From the NCBI GenBank assembly GCA_904063045.1, contig CAJFCJ010000021.1:620001-684000 (forward strand): a stretch of DNA of 64,000 nucleotides, written 5' to 3'. Of this stretch, positions 1-12,822 are shown piece after piece. The notes below the pieces were generated by a model. The model made no database searches and had not been told where the DNA came from. It saw only the letters and a list, made by a program, of their open reading frames with translations. The stretch's first letter is position 1; every line of letters begins with the position of its first letter. The translations under genes were made by a program, and so were the position numbers. The DNA comes from Dimorphilus gyrociliatus (taxonomy: Eukaryota > Animalia > Annelida).

Positions 1-2730
1 ATATTACAAGTGATATCAGCAAAGAATTATTCGGAATCGACACGTGTCATATTACAACTATTAAGATTCCATAATAAACATTATATAGTACATTTAAACT
101 TTTGGAAAGAATACGATCAAGTTATATGCGAAGATTCAATTAAATTAGGTTTTCTAGCTCAAAATTGTTTAACTCCTGGTTTTTCAACATTAATATCTAA
201 TCTATCTAACGTTCAATGCGAAAAAGAGGTTATTATCTTCTGTCTTATTTCCATAATTATAACAGTAATATAATTATTGTAATAATCCATTTAAAAAGAT
301 TCTTACTACGTCGTTAACAAAGGATACTGAACAGCATAGACAAAATTGGAGGTCAGATTATGTGAAAGGTGCAGATATGGAAATTTATGCTAAGAAATTC
401 CCTTCTGCCTTACATAATTATCCTATAACCGAAGCGGTTAAGTAAGAAAGTTGAATATTATATCTTCAAAAATACATCATTTATTCATTCTTACACTATA
501 TACTGTACATTTACTTGTAGATTCTATTATAAAGAAAGGAATATTCTTCTTCTTGGTATTAAAACTATTGAAAATAACGAAGAAGAGATTAAACTAAATC
601 CTAGTTCTAATTATATCATTGATAAAAGTACTACTGGTTTCTTTATTTGTAAATCCGAAAAGGTTTTACGAGAATGTAACAAGTCATTTAAGAAGAGGGA
701 ACTACACCAATCAAGTATATCATTAGGTTAATATCGTTAATATGTTAACTTAGTAAATTATTAACATATTCATTATCACTATCATCTTTTCTCTCTTTCT
801 CAAATAGAAACAATTCAACTTTCTGAATCTTCTCTAAGGTTAGTTTCAATTTTATATACTATACAGTAGACAGTATATACAGTATATGCACGTTACGTCC
901 TCTTTTCACAGTAATCAATGCAATTCGGAAAGTTATGCTGATGAAAATAATCAAATAAGACGTAAATTAGACGCCACAAATAACTTTCATTGGTCAGAGA
1001 GTGTAGATTTCGATACTATTTCATTGGTAAATAAAATATTGTATTTCTAATTTCTAATTAAATTATGTTTCTTTCTTTTTCTTTTAAAAAGACAGACGAA
1101 AATATGATGAGATTTTCAATATTAAAAAACCATATTGTAGTCTGTCTATTCTGCGATGAAAATTCACCTTTGATTGGTCTCTACAATTTCGTACTACCAT
1201 TGAGATCTTCGTCAATTGACTATAAACAACTTTCGAGTATTGTATTCTTGGGTGACGGGTATTACTTAAGAAAAGAATGGCCATTGCTCAAGAATTTTCC
1301 AAAAATATATGTGAAACAGGTCTTCATTAAATTCATTGAAATAAAAATTCATTATTATTACTAATACATCAATATTACGATATTAACAAAGGGTTCACCT
1401 TTAAATCGTAAAGATCTAAGAGCGACAAATGTTGATTCATCAAGAATGTGCGTTGTTTTAAAAAGTCCTAAATGTACAGTCTGCGAGAGAGAGGATGAAG
1501 AAAAATCTTTGGACGATGACGTTATTATTTGTACACAGCTTATTAAGTCAATGGAATTTCACAATCCAGAGGGTATAGAAAAATGTAAAAATTTAACGAA
1601 TAAGCAAAAATTTCAAAGTAGGGAGAATAATTAAAAAGTCATCTCCACTATGTTTTCCCTATATTTTAAACCAAATCCATAGATATTGCGAAAAAGATAA
1701 TGAAAGAATATTTAATTGAAAGATTAAGGTCCAATAGTTTTGCTGATATAGTATTAAAGAGGGAATTGATAATTCATAAACGAAAATCGTCAAATAGAAG
1801 AACAATTAAGGAAGATAAAGGTACATAGTTGAATTCTATCTTTATCTATGCTGTGTTACTTTGTCCTTTAATATTAGAAATATGGAAAAATGTTGAAGAA
1901 AGTGGTCAAAATATTGAAATTGTCAGCGATTTAGGTAACAATCTATATAAACAATATTAAAAATGTATAGTACCATTTCTTATGTACGGTTATAGATTGT
2001 GATAGTAAAGTTCGTCTGCTTAATCTTAACGGCGATGGTGAAGATGATATACCCTTTAGACTATCTCAACCATTCGCTAGTGGAAAAGTTATCACATCAA
2101 ATCTATTAGAATCGCTGCTTTGCTCGGTAGAAATTGAAAAAAAACTAGCAATATCTATTATGAGTATATACAATTAACTATTTTGTATTATTTCTCCACC
2201 AATAGGTCTACTTTAATCCGGATTTATTAAAATTAATAAAATTACTTATATCTGGTACTGTTACTAATGAATGCGAAGAGCTTATTGACGAAGGATTTGG
2301 TATCGCCAAAGGTCTCGAACAAGACGGTGAAACTGAAAATGAAACTAAAGGAAAGTGCACTCTGGTTCAATTGGATTTAGAGAAAGGAGATTTAAATGCT
2401 AAAAATTTGAAATACTACTCTGAATTATTCAACTATTTATACGACAACTATAATATCTTACCAATTGGTGTGTATAGACAAATTGAGAATAGTCAATGTT
2501 ACAAGTCGAAAAGTATACTATCTAACGAAATTATCTCTCGTTACGTAATAACAAACCCAAGTGGAGAATTCGTATTGAATAGGAATGACTATGTAATAAG
2601 AAAAGTTTTCTCTCTTTGACGTTTACAAAAAATATATATTTTATCTTTTTATTCATAGATATTTTGTCTTCTGCCGTTGCATTCAAGTATTGAGGCTCAT
2701 ATCTTTAAGAATTCCGTATTGTGCGCATAG
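1..2730 (+). CDS. Slo/BK-family (KCNMA1-like) potassium channel, C-terminal RCK1-RCK2 part; 5' end lies outside the window
   Basis: Exons 1-228, 299(or 323)-441, 521-726, 808-838, 912-1026, 1092-1319, 1392-1617, 1683-1820, 1878-1934, 1996-2126, 2206-2592, 2659-2730 join in frame via GT-AG introns. Motifs match Slo1: KLGFLAQNCLTPGFSTLISNL, KLDATNNFHW, NHIVVCLF..SPLIGLYNFVLPLRSS, GSPLNRKDLRA, LSQPFASG, RYVITNPSGEF. Paralog identity (Slo1 vs a divergent copy) is not resolved. Confidence 0.92.
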
Positions 2731-3052
2731 GGTGATGATGTGCCTGTTTTATTCTCGTGAATTTAATATCATAGTACTCGTGAGCTGCAAATGAAATATT
2801 TCAATACAAAAATACACTTTCGTTTGTAAAAAGTCTTTTGAAAACAAGTAAAGTAGTCTTTAGCTATAATATTTTATGAGTTTCAATACATATAACACTG
2901 CTTTAGAAAGCAGGGTCCTTTAAAACCCCAACCTAGTTACACGCGAAAACTATTGTTGATGGAGCAGTTAGTCTAACTGGATAGAATAGTTAATATTCTA
3001 TAATCAAAATAGTAAATTTAATGATTTAAATTAATATATTCCGTAGGGAATT

Positions 3053-6000
3053 ATGGGGAATATTAAAGATGAAAAAATACCTTTAAAAAATTGTAAGTAA
3101 AGTAAAAATATTGATATTAATACAGGTAATTTTAATATTTCTTATTTAAAAAGCATTTTACTCTCATGAGAGTAAAACTAAAGAAGAAAAGGATAAAAAT
3201 TCAAGAAGAGAAGAAGATTTATCCTGTTTTTCTAAAACTTTTCTTTGGTATGTACACTGTGATTAGTAGATAACAGCCTATGTTTAAATATTTAGAATGA
3301 GTTATTTATTGAAAATATCTTAGTAGTGTACGTTAATGTATTCGAATATAGTAGATTATTATTCAAATAAGTGTTGGCTATTAACTTATGACTAATAATT
3401 TTATTAGCTGGGCTAATGATATCTTTCGAGCCGGATATAAAGGAAACCTTGAAAAATACGATAAATTTTATTCTTGTGATAGAGAAGAATGTGAAGATAT
3501 TAGGAATAGGTAAGAAACAAACAAACAAATTATTTATGACGTAACACTTTCATATTTAATATTTGTGTCGCAGGATTAATGTTGAAACTTTAAGAATTTC
3601 AACATTTAGAGCAGTCTGTCATGTACTATATTCTCAAAAACTACTTCTCCTCGGTACAATATCTGCTCTTTTCATATCGGAAATGCTAAAATTTGTTATT
3701 ATAATTCAAATGAAATTGCTGTTCAACTCCTTTGAAATACATAACACTTTAAGCACAACAAAAATTTATGTCACAGCCGTTTCGTTACCATTCGTCATTT
3801 ATTTATTGCTTAAATTGAATGGAATTTCGTTTTACTATCAAACTAGGCTACAAGCTAGAGTTAGAAGTGGATTTTGTTTATTAATTTACGAAAAAGTAAG
3901 ATATTTATTATAATAGAATTGTTATTCATTAATTTATCCTTTGTTAAGATATTAAAAATACCTACTCATATTCTTCAAGATTTATCTGTTGGAAAAATTG
4001 TCAATTTGCTATCAACGGACGTTGAAACATTTGTTAACAACGATGTAATCCTTTACATATTTATAGGACCTTTTCAAATTTTCTTTGCACAACTGCTATT
4101 ACTAAAAATATTTGGACATATTGCTCTGCTATATCTGCCATTAATGATATTTTTCATGACTCTAAATTCATTCCCGGCATTTATTGAAGGAAATTTAAGG
4201 AAGCAAGTGGCTGAAAGAACAGATAAGAGAGTAACTTTAATGAATGAATTGATAAATGGAATCAAAATAGTAAAGATGTATGTTTGGGAGGAAAGTTTTA
4301 TAAACATGATTGCAAAATTAAGAAAAAATGAAATGAATATTTATATTATAACTTTTACTTTGAAAAGCTTCAGATACGCATTAAGCCATACCTCCACTGG
4401 TATAATACTATTGATCATATTTACTATATTCGGAGAGAGTAACCAATCTCAACCTCTTCATTTATCATCTTCGTATGCTGCCATAGCTCTACTTACAGAT
4501 ACGGGTCAGTCTCTCTTTAACTTCTCGACAGAAGGTATTGCTCAGTTAAAAACTATGCAAAAGAGTGTAGTGAGAATTCTGGTACGTTTAACATATTTAA
4601 CAAAAGATTTATGTTACATAACAAATAACTGAAGAATTTTTGTTTTTTAAAAAACAAAACAGGACTTCATTAATAATCCAGAAGTCGTAAATGAACTTGT
4701 CAAATACAAGAAGAATTATGATGTCAATACACTTTCTATTGATAAGATTACATCATACTGGAACAAGTCCATGGATTTAAAATGCGTTGAAAATATTAGT
4801 ATAAGCTTAGAGCGAGGTGAAAAGCTCTTTGTCGTTGGTGCAGTAGGCAGTGGAAAGACTGGTTTACTACTTTCAATTATCGGTGAACTACACGGTACTG
4901 GTACAAACGAATTCAGGAAAAAGTTTTCGTTTAGCTATTTTTCTCAAGAATCGTGGATATTTAATGGAACCATTAAAGAAAATATATTATTCCATTCAAC
5001 ATTCGAAGAATGTAAATATAATAGGATTCTCGAAGTATGCGCATTAAAGAAGGATTTAGAGATTTTCCCTGCAGGCGACACTACTTTAGTAGGAGAGAAA
5101 GGTCTAATGTTGAGCGGAGGACAAAAAGCAAGAATCGCTCTTGCTAGATGTCTTTATAAAGATTCTGACGTTTATCTACTGGATGATCCGTTAAGCGCCG
5201 TTGATAATAAAGTTAGAGATCACATCTTTTACAAATGCATAAGTGAATATCTAAAAGATAAAATTGTCATTCTCGTTACGCATCATCCAGATTATATGAA
5301 AGATAGGGAAAAGCTTGTAATAATGGAGAAAGGTAAAGCTGGTTTTTATGGTACTTATGAAAGTTATAAAAAGGAGGGATGTTATAGTAATCTTGTTAAA
5401 TCAAGGAATGATGATAATAACAACAATAATAACAATAATGTAATATATGCAAATGAAATTGATTTGGGATTACCAAAATATGAAGCAGTGGATAAAAAAA
5501 GTTCGGGTAGAATTTCTTGGAGTGTTTATAAAAGTTATATACTTTCTGGTAAAGTATGGGCACTCTTCCTTTCGTTGGGCATAGCTTGTGTTCATATAAC
5601 GCTTACGCTATACTCCAATTATGTATTAGCTTCAATCTATAAACCAATTATAAGTACAAATAGTAATATTACACTCAATGAAACAATACCCTCTTTGCAT
5701 AAGACAGTTTCCGAAAAAAAGTCTCTAATAACATATTGTATTGCTATAGTTCTGATATTTTGCCTGGAAATTTTAAACAAGATCTTCTTATATATCTTTT
5801 GCTTCTCAGCCAGTTACAATATTCATAATAAACTCTTCTCAAAAGTTATTAGAGCAAAAATGGAATTTTTTGATAAAACTCCATCCGGCAATATATTGAA
5901 TAGATTTTCAAGAGACTTGTGCTTTATCGATTTTGTTATAACTAATTCTATAAGAAGAATCTTGACAGTGAGTTTATATCTCTTATCAGGAATTGTTACC

Positions 6001-7399
6001 TGTTTATTAGCTCTACCTTGGTTAATTATTCCAACTATTATAGTACTACTTTCTATTATATTTTTATTTAATTATTCAATACCTACAATAAGAGATATGA
6101 GAAGATTGGAGGCGGCTAAAAGGAGTCCATTTTATTCTCACGTTTCAGAAACTATTAGCGGTTTAAAAGTTATAAGAAGCTTACAAAAGAGCAAAAAATT
6201 CAGGAGAATATGTGTGCAACACTTGAATAATCATTCAAAAACGTGGTTGACTCTTTTAACCGTTATGAGATGGTTTGGATACAAAGTTAATAAAATGGTA
6301 GCAATCTTTATGCTATCAATAGTTGTTCCGTGCGTTGCTGAGAGAAAGCATATAAATATTAACCTATTTGCCGTAGGTGTCATTCAAATTATAGGACTAG
6401 CTGAACTATTTGAATATCTCTTCAGAGTGTTTGTTGAACTTGAAAATGCGGTTTGTATTCAATTCTCCCTTATCTATTCCCTCTCCTATTTAATCTATTT
6501 TTACGTTAACTTTTATAGATGACCTCTCTCGAAAGGATAAACGAATATTCGAATTTGAGTACTGAAGATCCCTTCAGTAACACTGCAAAATTACCAGATG
6601 AATGGCCTGAAACAGGTAATTTAGAAGTAAAGGATCTTTCGTTGAAGTACACTGGCAACAATTATCATTCATTGAAGAGCATAGAGATATCATTTAAAGA
6701 TGGCGAAAAGGTAAAAACTAGGGCAAAGAAATAAAATTCATTTATATTTTCTAATCATAAATCTTCTTTCAGACGGGTATTATAGGAAGAACTGGAGCTG
6801 GTAAAAGCTCAATTTTAGCGGCTCTCTTCAGGCTGCAGGAACCTGAAGGGAGTATTTTACTCGACCATATCGATTTGACCAAAATTGCCCTGAATCAGGC
6901 AAGGAAAGTACTTGGTGTTATACCACAAGATCCGGTTATCTTTATAGGAAACATCAGAAACAATCTAGATCCGTTTAATATATTTTCAGACGATCTTATT
7001 TGGGAAGTTTTAAGGAAGACTCAGCTATACGATAAATTTAATAATTGTAGCGAAAAGCTTGACTTTCCCATTGCAGAAAATGGAAATAATTTAAGTGTTG
7101 GTGAAAAACAGTTAATCTGTCTAGGAAGAGCTCTACTAAGAAATCCAAAAGTTCTTGTTATGGACGAAGCAACTGCAAGCATAGACAAGCAAACCGATGA
7201 TCTAATACAACGTATAATAATGGATAACTTTAAAGAATGTACGAAAATTGTTATAGCACATCGTTTGGATACTGTATCTGATTCGGATAAAATAGTTGTC
7301 CTTGACACAGGTGAAATAGTTGAGATTGGTAAGCCTCAGGATGTTTTTAGTAAGATTAACGGAACATTTATGAAAAATATTAACGATTATTTAAAATAA
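3053..7399 (+). CDS. ABCC4: ABC transporter subfamily C, MRP4-like (TMD1-NBD1-TMD2-NBD2), 1265 aa
   Basis: Exons 3053-3092, 3154-3247, 3408-3509, 3574-3895, 3949-4581, 4663-6450, 6519-6710, 6773-7399 total 3798 nt, in frame. NBD1 GAVGSGKT / LSGGQKARIALAR / YLLDDPLSAVD; NBD2 GRTGAGKSS / LSVGEKQLICLGRAL / VMDEATASID; GNILNRFSRD and RRLEAAKRSPFYSH. No TMD0. The ABCC family is certain; the ABCC4 label is the best-fit subfamily. Confidence 0.9.
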
Positions 7400-7459
7400 T
7401 CAGTTTTGAATGAATTGTTATATGAAAACTTTACAAATTTTACAATACAAGTAAATTAA

Positions 7460-7473
7460 CCAACAGATGGCGG
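7460..7473 (+). promoter_or_regulatory. CTCF-like motif CCAACAGATGGCGG (also YY1-like)
   Basis: 13/14 match to the CCASYAGRKGGCRS CTCF core, 60 bp after the ABCC4 stop codon. Confidence 0.45.
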
Positions 7474-7979
7474 TGTCAGTTTTAAGAGTCCAAAGGAAAA
7501 AAAATAAAAGACTAATGTAATACGCGCACACAATCCGAAATTAAGCCTACGGGAATGGAGCGTGCGTCTCCTTATTATTTTGTGAAAATTTCTAGTCCGA
7601 CGCTTTTCGCGATAATTTAACGTTTACGTGACGTTACGTTCTCAAAAATTTCTGAATAGCGTGAGGGACACTAATTCTGAAGTCACGAGTTGGTTAATTT
7701 TTCTGAGTGAATGAAATATGTAAAAGACAAAAAAAGGCGAATATTATTACTCATTCGCAAAGAACTCACTATTTCTCTTCCTCTCTCACTCTTTCTTGAA
7801 TGTTGTTTTTACCTTTCCTTTCTTAGTCTGTTCAGCTTGATTTAACATTTCTTTAGGCAAAGAAGAAACTTACCAATTATGAATAGAATTTATAATAAAG
7901 ATGGTATTTTTCATTTTTCATAATTTATTTTTATCTATCTATCTATCTATCCAGCCATCAATCTATCATTCATTTATCT

Positions 7980-7995
7980 TCATTCTTACTTTCTA

Positions 7996-8038
<43 letters not shown>

Positions 8039-8045
8039 TCTCTCT

Positions 8046-8078
<33 letters not shown>
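7980..8078. repeat. Compound (CT)n-(CA)n microsatellite
   Basis: Directly visible; it produces the spurious ORF 7901..8167. Confidence 0.95.
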
Positions 8079-11000
8079 TTACATACACATCCTCCCTATC
8101 TCTTCCTATCTCTTCCCCTTTTTTTACATTGATGAATATTAAGGCAAACGAAATTTTAGGCTGTTAGTCATTATGCAACATAAAACACAATGTATAAAAA
8201 TACAACTCTGTATGGAACTACCGTTACCAAAAGGCGTCATACGGCGTCACGAAATAAACTTTTCATTTAGTCACGATTTGATTTAGGTGTGCAAGAAAAA
8301 TTGATTAATTAAAGTTTTACCATCTTTCCCTTATAATAGTTTGTCATTTAAACTTATTTGTTTGTCAATATATGTATACATTTTCTAATATATGTGTAAA
8401 GAGAGATAGAGATAGAGAGAGAAATGGTGAATATACAATATATATATATATAAATATATATATACTGTATGTATAAGACAGAAGACTATCTCGGAAAAGA
8501 AAGCCTTTCTCGTGTAGACTTGAGAACGTTAGGAAAACAATTAATTTATGCAGTAAGCGTCCAGTAACGGAAAACATTATACTGAGACCCCATGGCTAAA
8601 GAGTATCATTGCAAAAGTTGTAGTAAGATTGCTATGATAGGTTGCACTGCTCATTGTATAAACATTTTTTTGAAAGAGATAATTGATAATGAAAGACTGT
8701 GAGTCATATAATATTAAAAAAGGCAGGGAGAAGCAGCGGAGGGATTTATTAGACATAGTAAAAAACCTTTAGAACATAAATTATACGAGAGATATATAAG
8801 ATAGGACGAAAAATCACATTGAAAAGTCCCAAATAAAGTTGAAGATTATTAAATTATAAAGAGAAAGTTGATTAACTTTTTCCTCTTTTCATTAGGAATA
8901 TTTCAAAGAGAAAGAGAGAGAGAGATAGAGATAGAGGCCACGAAATTAAACAAAATAGATACTATCCAGAAGGGATAGTTGAGAACAATTAAAGGGGAAG
9001 ATGTGGGCAAGTAGAGAGCAGATCTGCACTGCAAAGAGAAGTAGAGAACAAATTTTAGAAAAAGTGCTGGATGATGGGAAAGCTGATAGATTATGCGTTA
9101 AATTGCTATAATACTTATAATATACTTCAAAGGATAAGAAAAGGGATAGAGGGAAGAGTGGACAAAGTTAGGGATGGGAAGAGGCGAAAAAGTGGTATGA
9201 AGTGGGGAGGTTGGTGGATGGTTGGAAATGAAAAGACTAGATAGTAAATTCTTTTGTTAGCTATTTCAAATGAATTTCGTTTTCTTTTATTCGCTTTAAA
9301 TAATATATACGACCGAATATAATTAGGTTAATTCGGCCTCAACCCCGAAAACATCAGACGATGAATTTCATTGCCTTCACCATCCAATTTCTTTTATATA
9401 TATATATGATTCTATACGTGTATCAGCAAACATTTGTAGTGTATGTTTTATTATTACGTATCTCTTTATGTTTATTCTTTTTTTATTATTTATTTCAAGT
9501 TTAAATTATCAACTTAATATTTATTTCTACAGCGTCGCGTTCGATCGATCAATTAATTAAGGTGTCTACAGAGAAATTGCCTTCAGATTACCATGCACGA
9601 CTTATCAACACCAAATTTTTAGCATGTTATGTAATAAAGAGTCACGGTTTACCCCACACGGAGATAAATAGTGGAAATAATTACTATTATCATCATTGTC
9701 TGTCTTACGAAGTTTTATGTGACATTCCTCTGTCCCTCCTCATCCTCTCCCATTTCCCTCCGCCTCCGCCCATCTCTTCCTCTTCCTATTTCCACCCTTG
9801 GCCATCCTTATATTCTATGTTTGTAATATGTCCCATTTTATTGCCACTCTGCCCTTCCCCTCCCCTAGTTTTACTACTATAAAACTGTATAAATATGTAC
9901 AGATTATTCAACATGAAAGTTTTATATAATTATATATGTTTATGTTTATACATGAAATGTTTGTAAACAAATAACGCGCTTTGTGTGCGTGGAATGTATA
10001 CTGGGAGACGTTGCGCATATAGAATCCCTCTTTACGAAGTAGCTCTTGAATGTTTTTATATAAAGACTCTATATAAGAGCCAGACAGGAAGTGCTAGTTT
10101 GTTGGTATGTCAGCAGTGTAAACTGCCAAACAAAAAACAATCGAATCCCCAGTTTTTTAAATGAGATAAACGCTAGTGGCGACATCTCTAGCCCACTTTT
10201 TTTCTTCCTTTTCTTCTTCGTCTTTCTCTGTTTATATATACAAGTTATATAAAGGATATCAGTAACCTAATGGGGATTTATGGGCGTTTTTCGGGCACGC
10301 TAAGGGATTTACTTACTTTTTTCGTTACCCCTATTTAGCACAGCTTTACTTTTCCAAGAAAGCGAAGAAATAAATGAGCTACTGTTGTATTGTGCTTTTT
10401 AATTCTGGAAATAGCCATAGCTTAGGCCTATTTATTAATTTTTTTTGTTTAATATTAGATATATATATATATATATATATACTGTATAAATGGAGAGAGA
10501 AAAGGAAAAATATATATATATTAGTATATATAAAGATATAAGGAGGGAAGGAAGAAGATAAGAATAAAGGATGAGAGAGAGGATAGATAGATAGAGAGAG
10601 AGAGAGAGAAGAGTTTGATAAAAGTTTATTCTCTTTAAAAAGTCATATAGACAGCATATATATTACTTTTCTGTCAGTGAAAGAATAGAGAAAGTATACA
10701 CTGTTAAAAATAAATAGAATTTACCTTTAACAGGTTAGTTAATCCTCTGTGGATTAACCCACTATAAATCTGAATGTCTATAATCGCTAAGACAATAGAT
10801 TGTACAACAGAAAAAGTATAGGCTATAAGTAATGGTAATAAAATGAAGTGAAGTGAATAACTTTAGAGTGAAACAATTATAGAAAAAGTCTATAAAATAT
10901 TAAATTTCCAATATAGGGAAGAGAAATAAGAAAGAAAAACTATCAATTCTTGCGGTCATTTAGCCAATTTCAAGTGGACGCTTATTCCGCATCGGCCGTC

Positions 11001-11746
11001 CCAATATGAATAATGCAATTACAATTTAGCTTACATAACAAGTAGTCCCTAGAGGTGCGTCCTAGCCGATGGGCATGCTGGAATCAAATTGTGGCGTGAT
11101 GCCCGCTACGAGGGTTATCTGTTTTACTCGGGCAAAAATTTCCTCTCTCCATACCTACTAAAAATTCTTTATAAACTTTTACAAGATTATCTCTAGTTTC
11201 CTTTTCATTCTTAATCTCTTTTAATTCTTTTATCAGTTAAGTTTCTAATATATACAGTATACTTTTACTTTCTTCTCTCTTATCAATTAATACTTCTTTT
11301 CTATAAATTTTCATAGTTTATACTAATAAAGAGGAAATATTTGGGGAAAATAACAAAGAAGTCATTGGGATGAATAGACTATAAAGGAATTTAGTATTCT
11401 TTGTGCAAAGTATCCTGCTCTTCGGCATACGAAAGGTTAGGGAGCGTTCCCTTCTTCTATGCAGTCAATGTCGATACGATCGCAACAATTTATACCGTGT
11501 TGCCTCCGGGCTTTAAGGATTTAGAAAATTTTCCTAGTTTCTAACCAAAATTACCCTGTTTATAAACGAACAGCTTTAAACGATCATATCGTCATATAAT
11601 ATTTCTTTTTACTTTTTTCCCTACCCTTTTCCTTAATTCTTACCTTATTATCCATTCGAATATTAAGGTAACCCTTGTAAATTTTAATTATATTTCATAT
11701 TACAAAAGGCTAATTAACGGTGAACAGACGAAAAGGTAGAAGAAAA

Positions 11747-11786
11747 GGAGGAGGAGGAGGAGGAGGAGAAGGAGGATGAGGGAGGA
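11747..11786. repeat. (GGA)n purine-rich repeat
   Basis: aggaggaggaggaggaggaggagaaggaggatgagggagg, directly visible. Confidence 0.9.
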
Positions 11787-12299
11787 GTTTTACATTAATT
11801 TGCATATTCAAAGCGAATAATTAAAAAGTTGAAATTTATGTAAAAATAGTTAACGTTTTTTAGACAAATCTATATGCATTTACATGAGTATAAACATATA
11901 TGTATAAAGAAGCAAAAGACACGTAGACATACACAACCGCAATGCATACACACGCAAATAGATGGAAAAAATATAAGAAAACTGAATGTATTGTAATAGG
12001 AAGGAAGGAAGTTGAATTAATAATTATATAGAAAAAAAATGAAGAGATGTGGCAGTTCTCAACATTCGAACAAGATATAATTTCATTCTCAATTAAAGGA
12101 AAAAAGGGAGAAAATTGATCTTTTACATTAAGATAGAATGGGAAACGGACTACAGTGTAGAATATATACGTAATAATTAGGCATACGTGACAACAATTCT
12201 AAAATATCACGCATCCGAAAGTTGCTAATGAATGGAATATATAAATAGGGAAAGATCGTCGGCCTGGTCTCTGATGTAAGGTATCCGAATACGTTGAAA

Positions 12300-12791
12300 A
12301 TAATTAACTATAAAGGATAGGGAGGCGTTCCTACGAACTCGACAAACCCCTTGGGTTTTTTTTTAGTTTCAATCCAAGACGACAGAGCGAAAAGAAAGAA
12401 AAACGCCGTCGAAAAGACGCTAATCGGATAGATTGCACGCTGCTTTCCAACGTCTGTCATCTCCCGTTGAGCGGCCGTTTCTCTTTTTAACACAGCACTC
12501 CGTGATACGGACGTCGGCATTGCTAGTTTCGGTAGCCGGCTTCAAAAAGTGACGGGGCAGAGACAGAGGGGTTGAAAATAAAAGAGGAAGGGTTGAGAGC
12601 GGGGTGGGGGAAAAAAGCACCTTTTCATCCGGTCACGTTTCGTAGGCAAACTGTCCTCGCCTCGCCGTTCGTGACGTTCTTTTCAGCGTGCGTGATCGGT
12701 AAATGAAAGAAGTCGGAGCGTGCGTGATTGATGAATATAGAATATATGCGTGCTGTATTTCGAGTCACGCACTCACAACTTTACCGCCGCC

Positions 12792-12822
<31 letters not shown>

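Noticed and set aside
7901-8167. ORF-track ORFs built from microsatellites (also 8365..8577, 13275..13463, 18635..18979, 22492..22983, 23819..24050)
   Set aside because: Translations are SL/TH/YI repeats generated by CT, CA and TA tracts.
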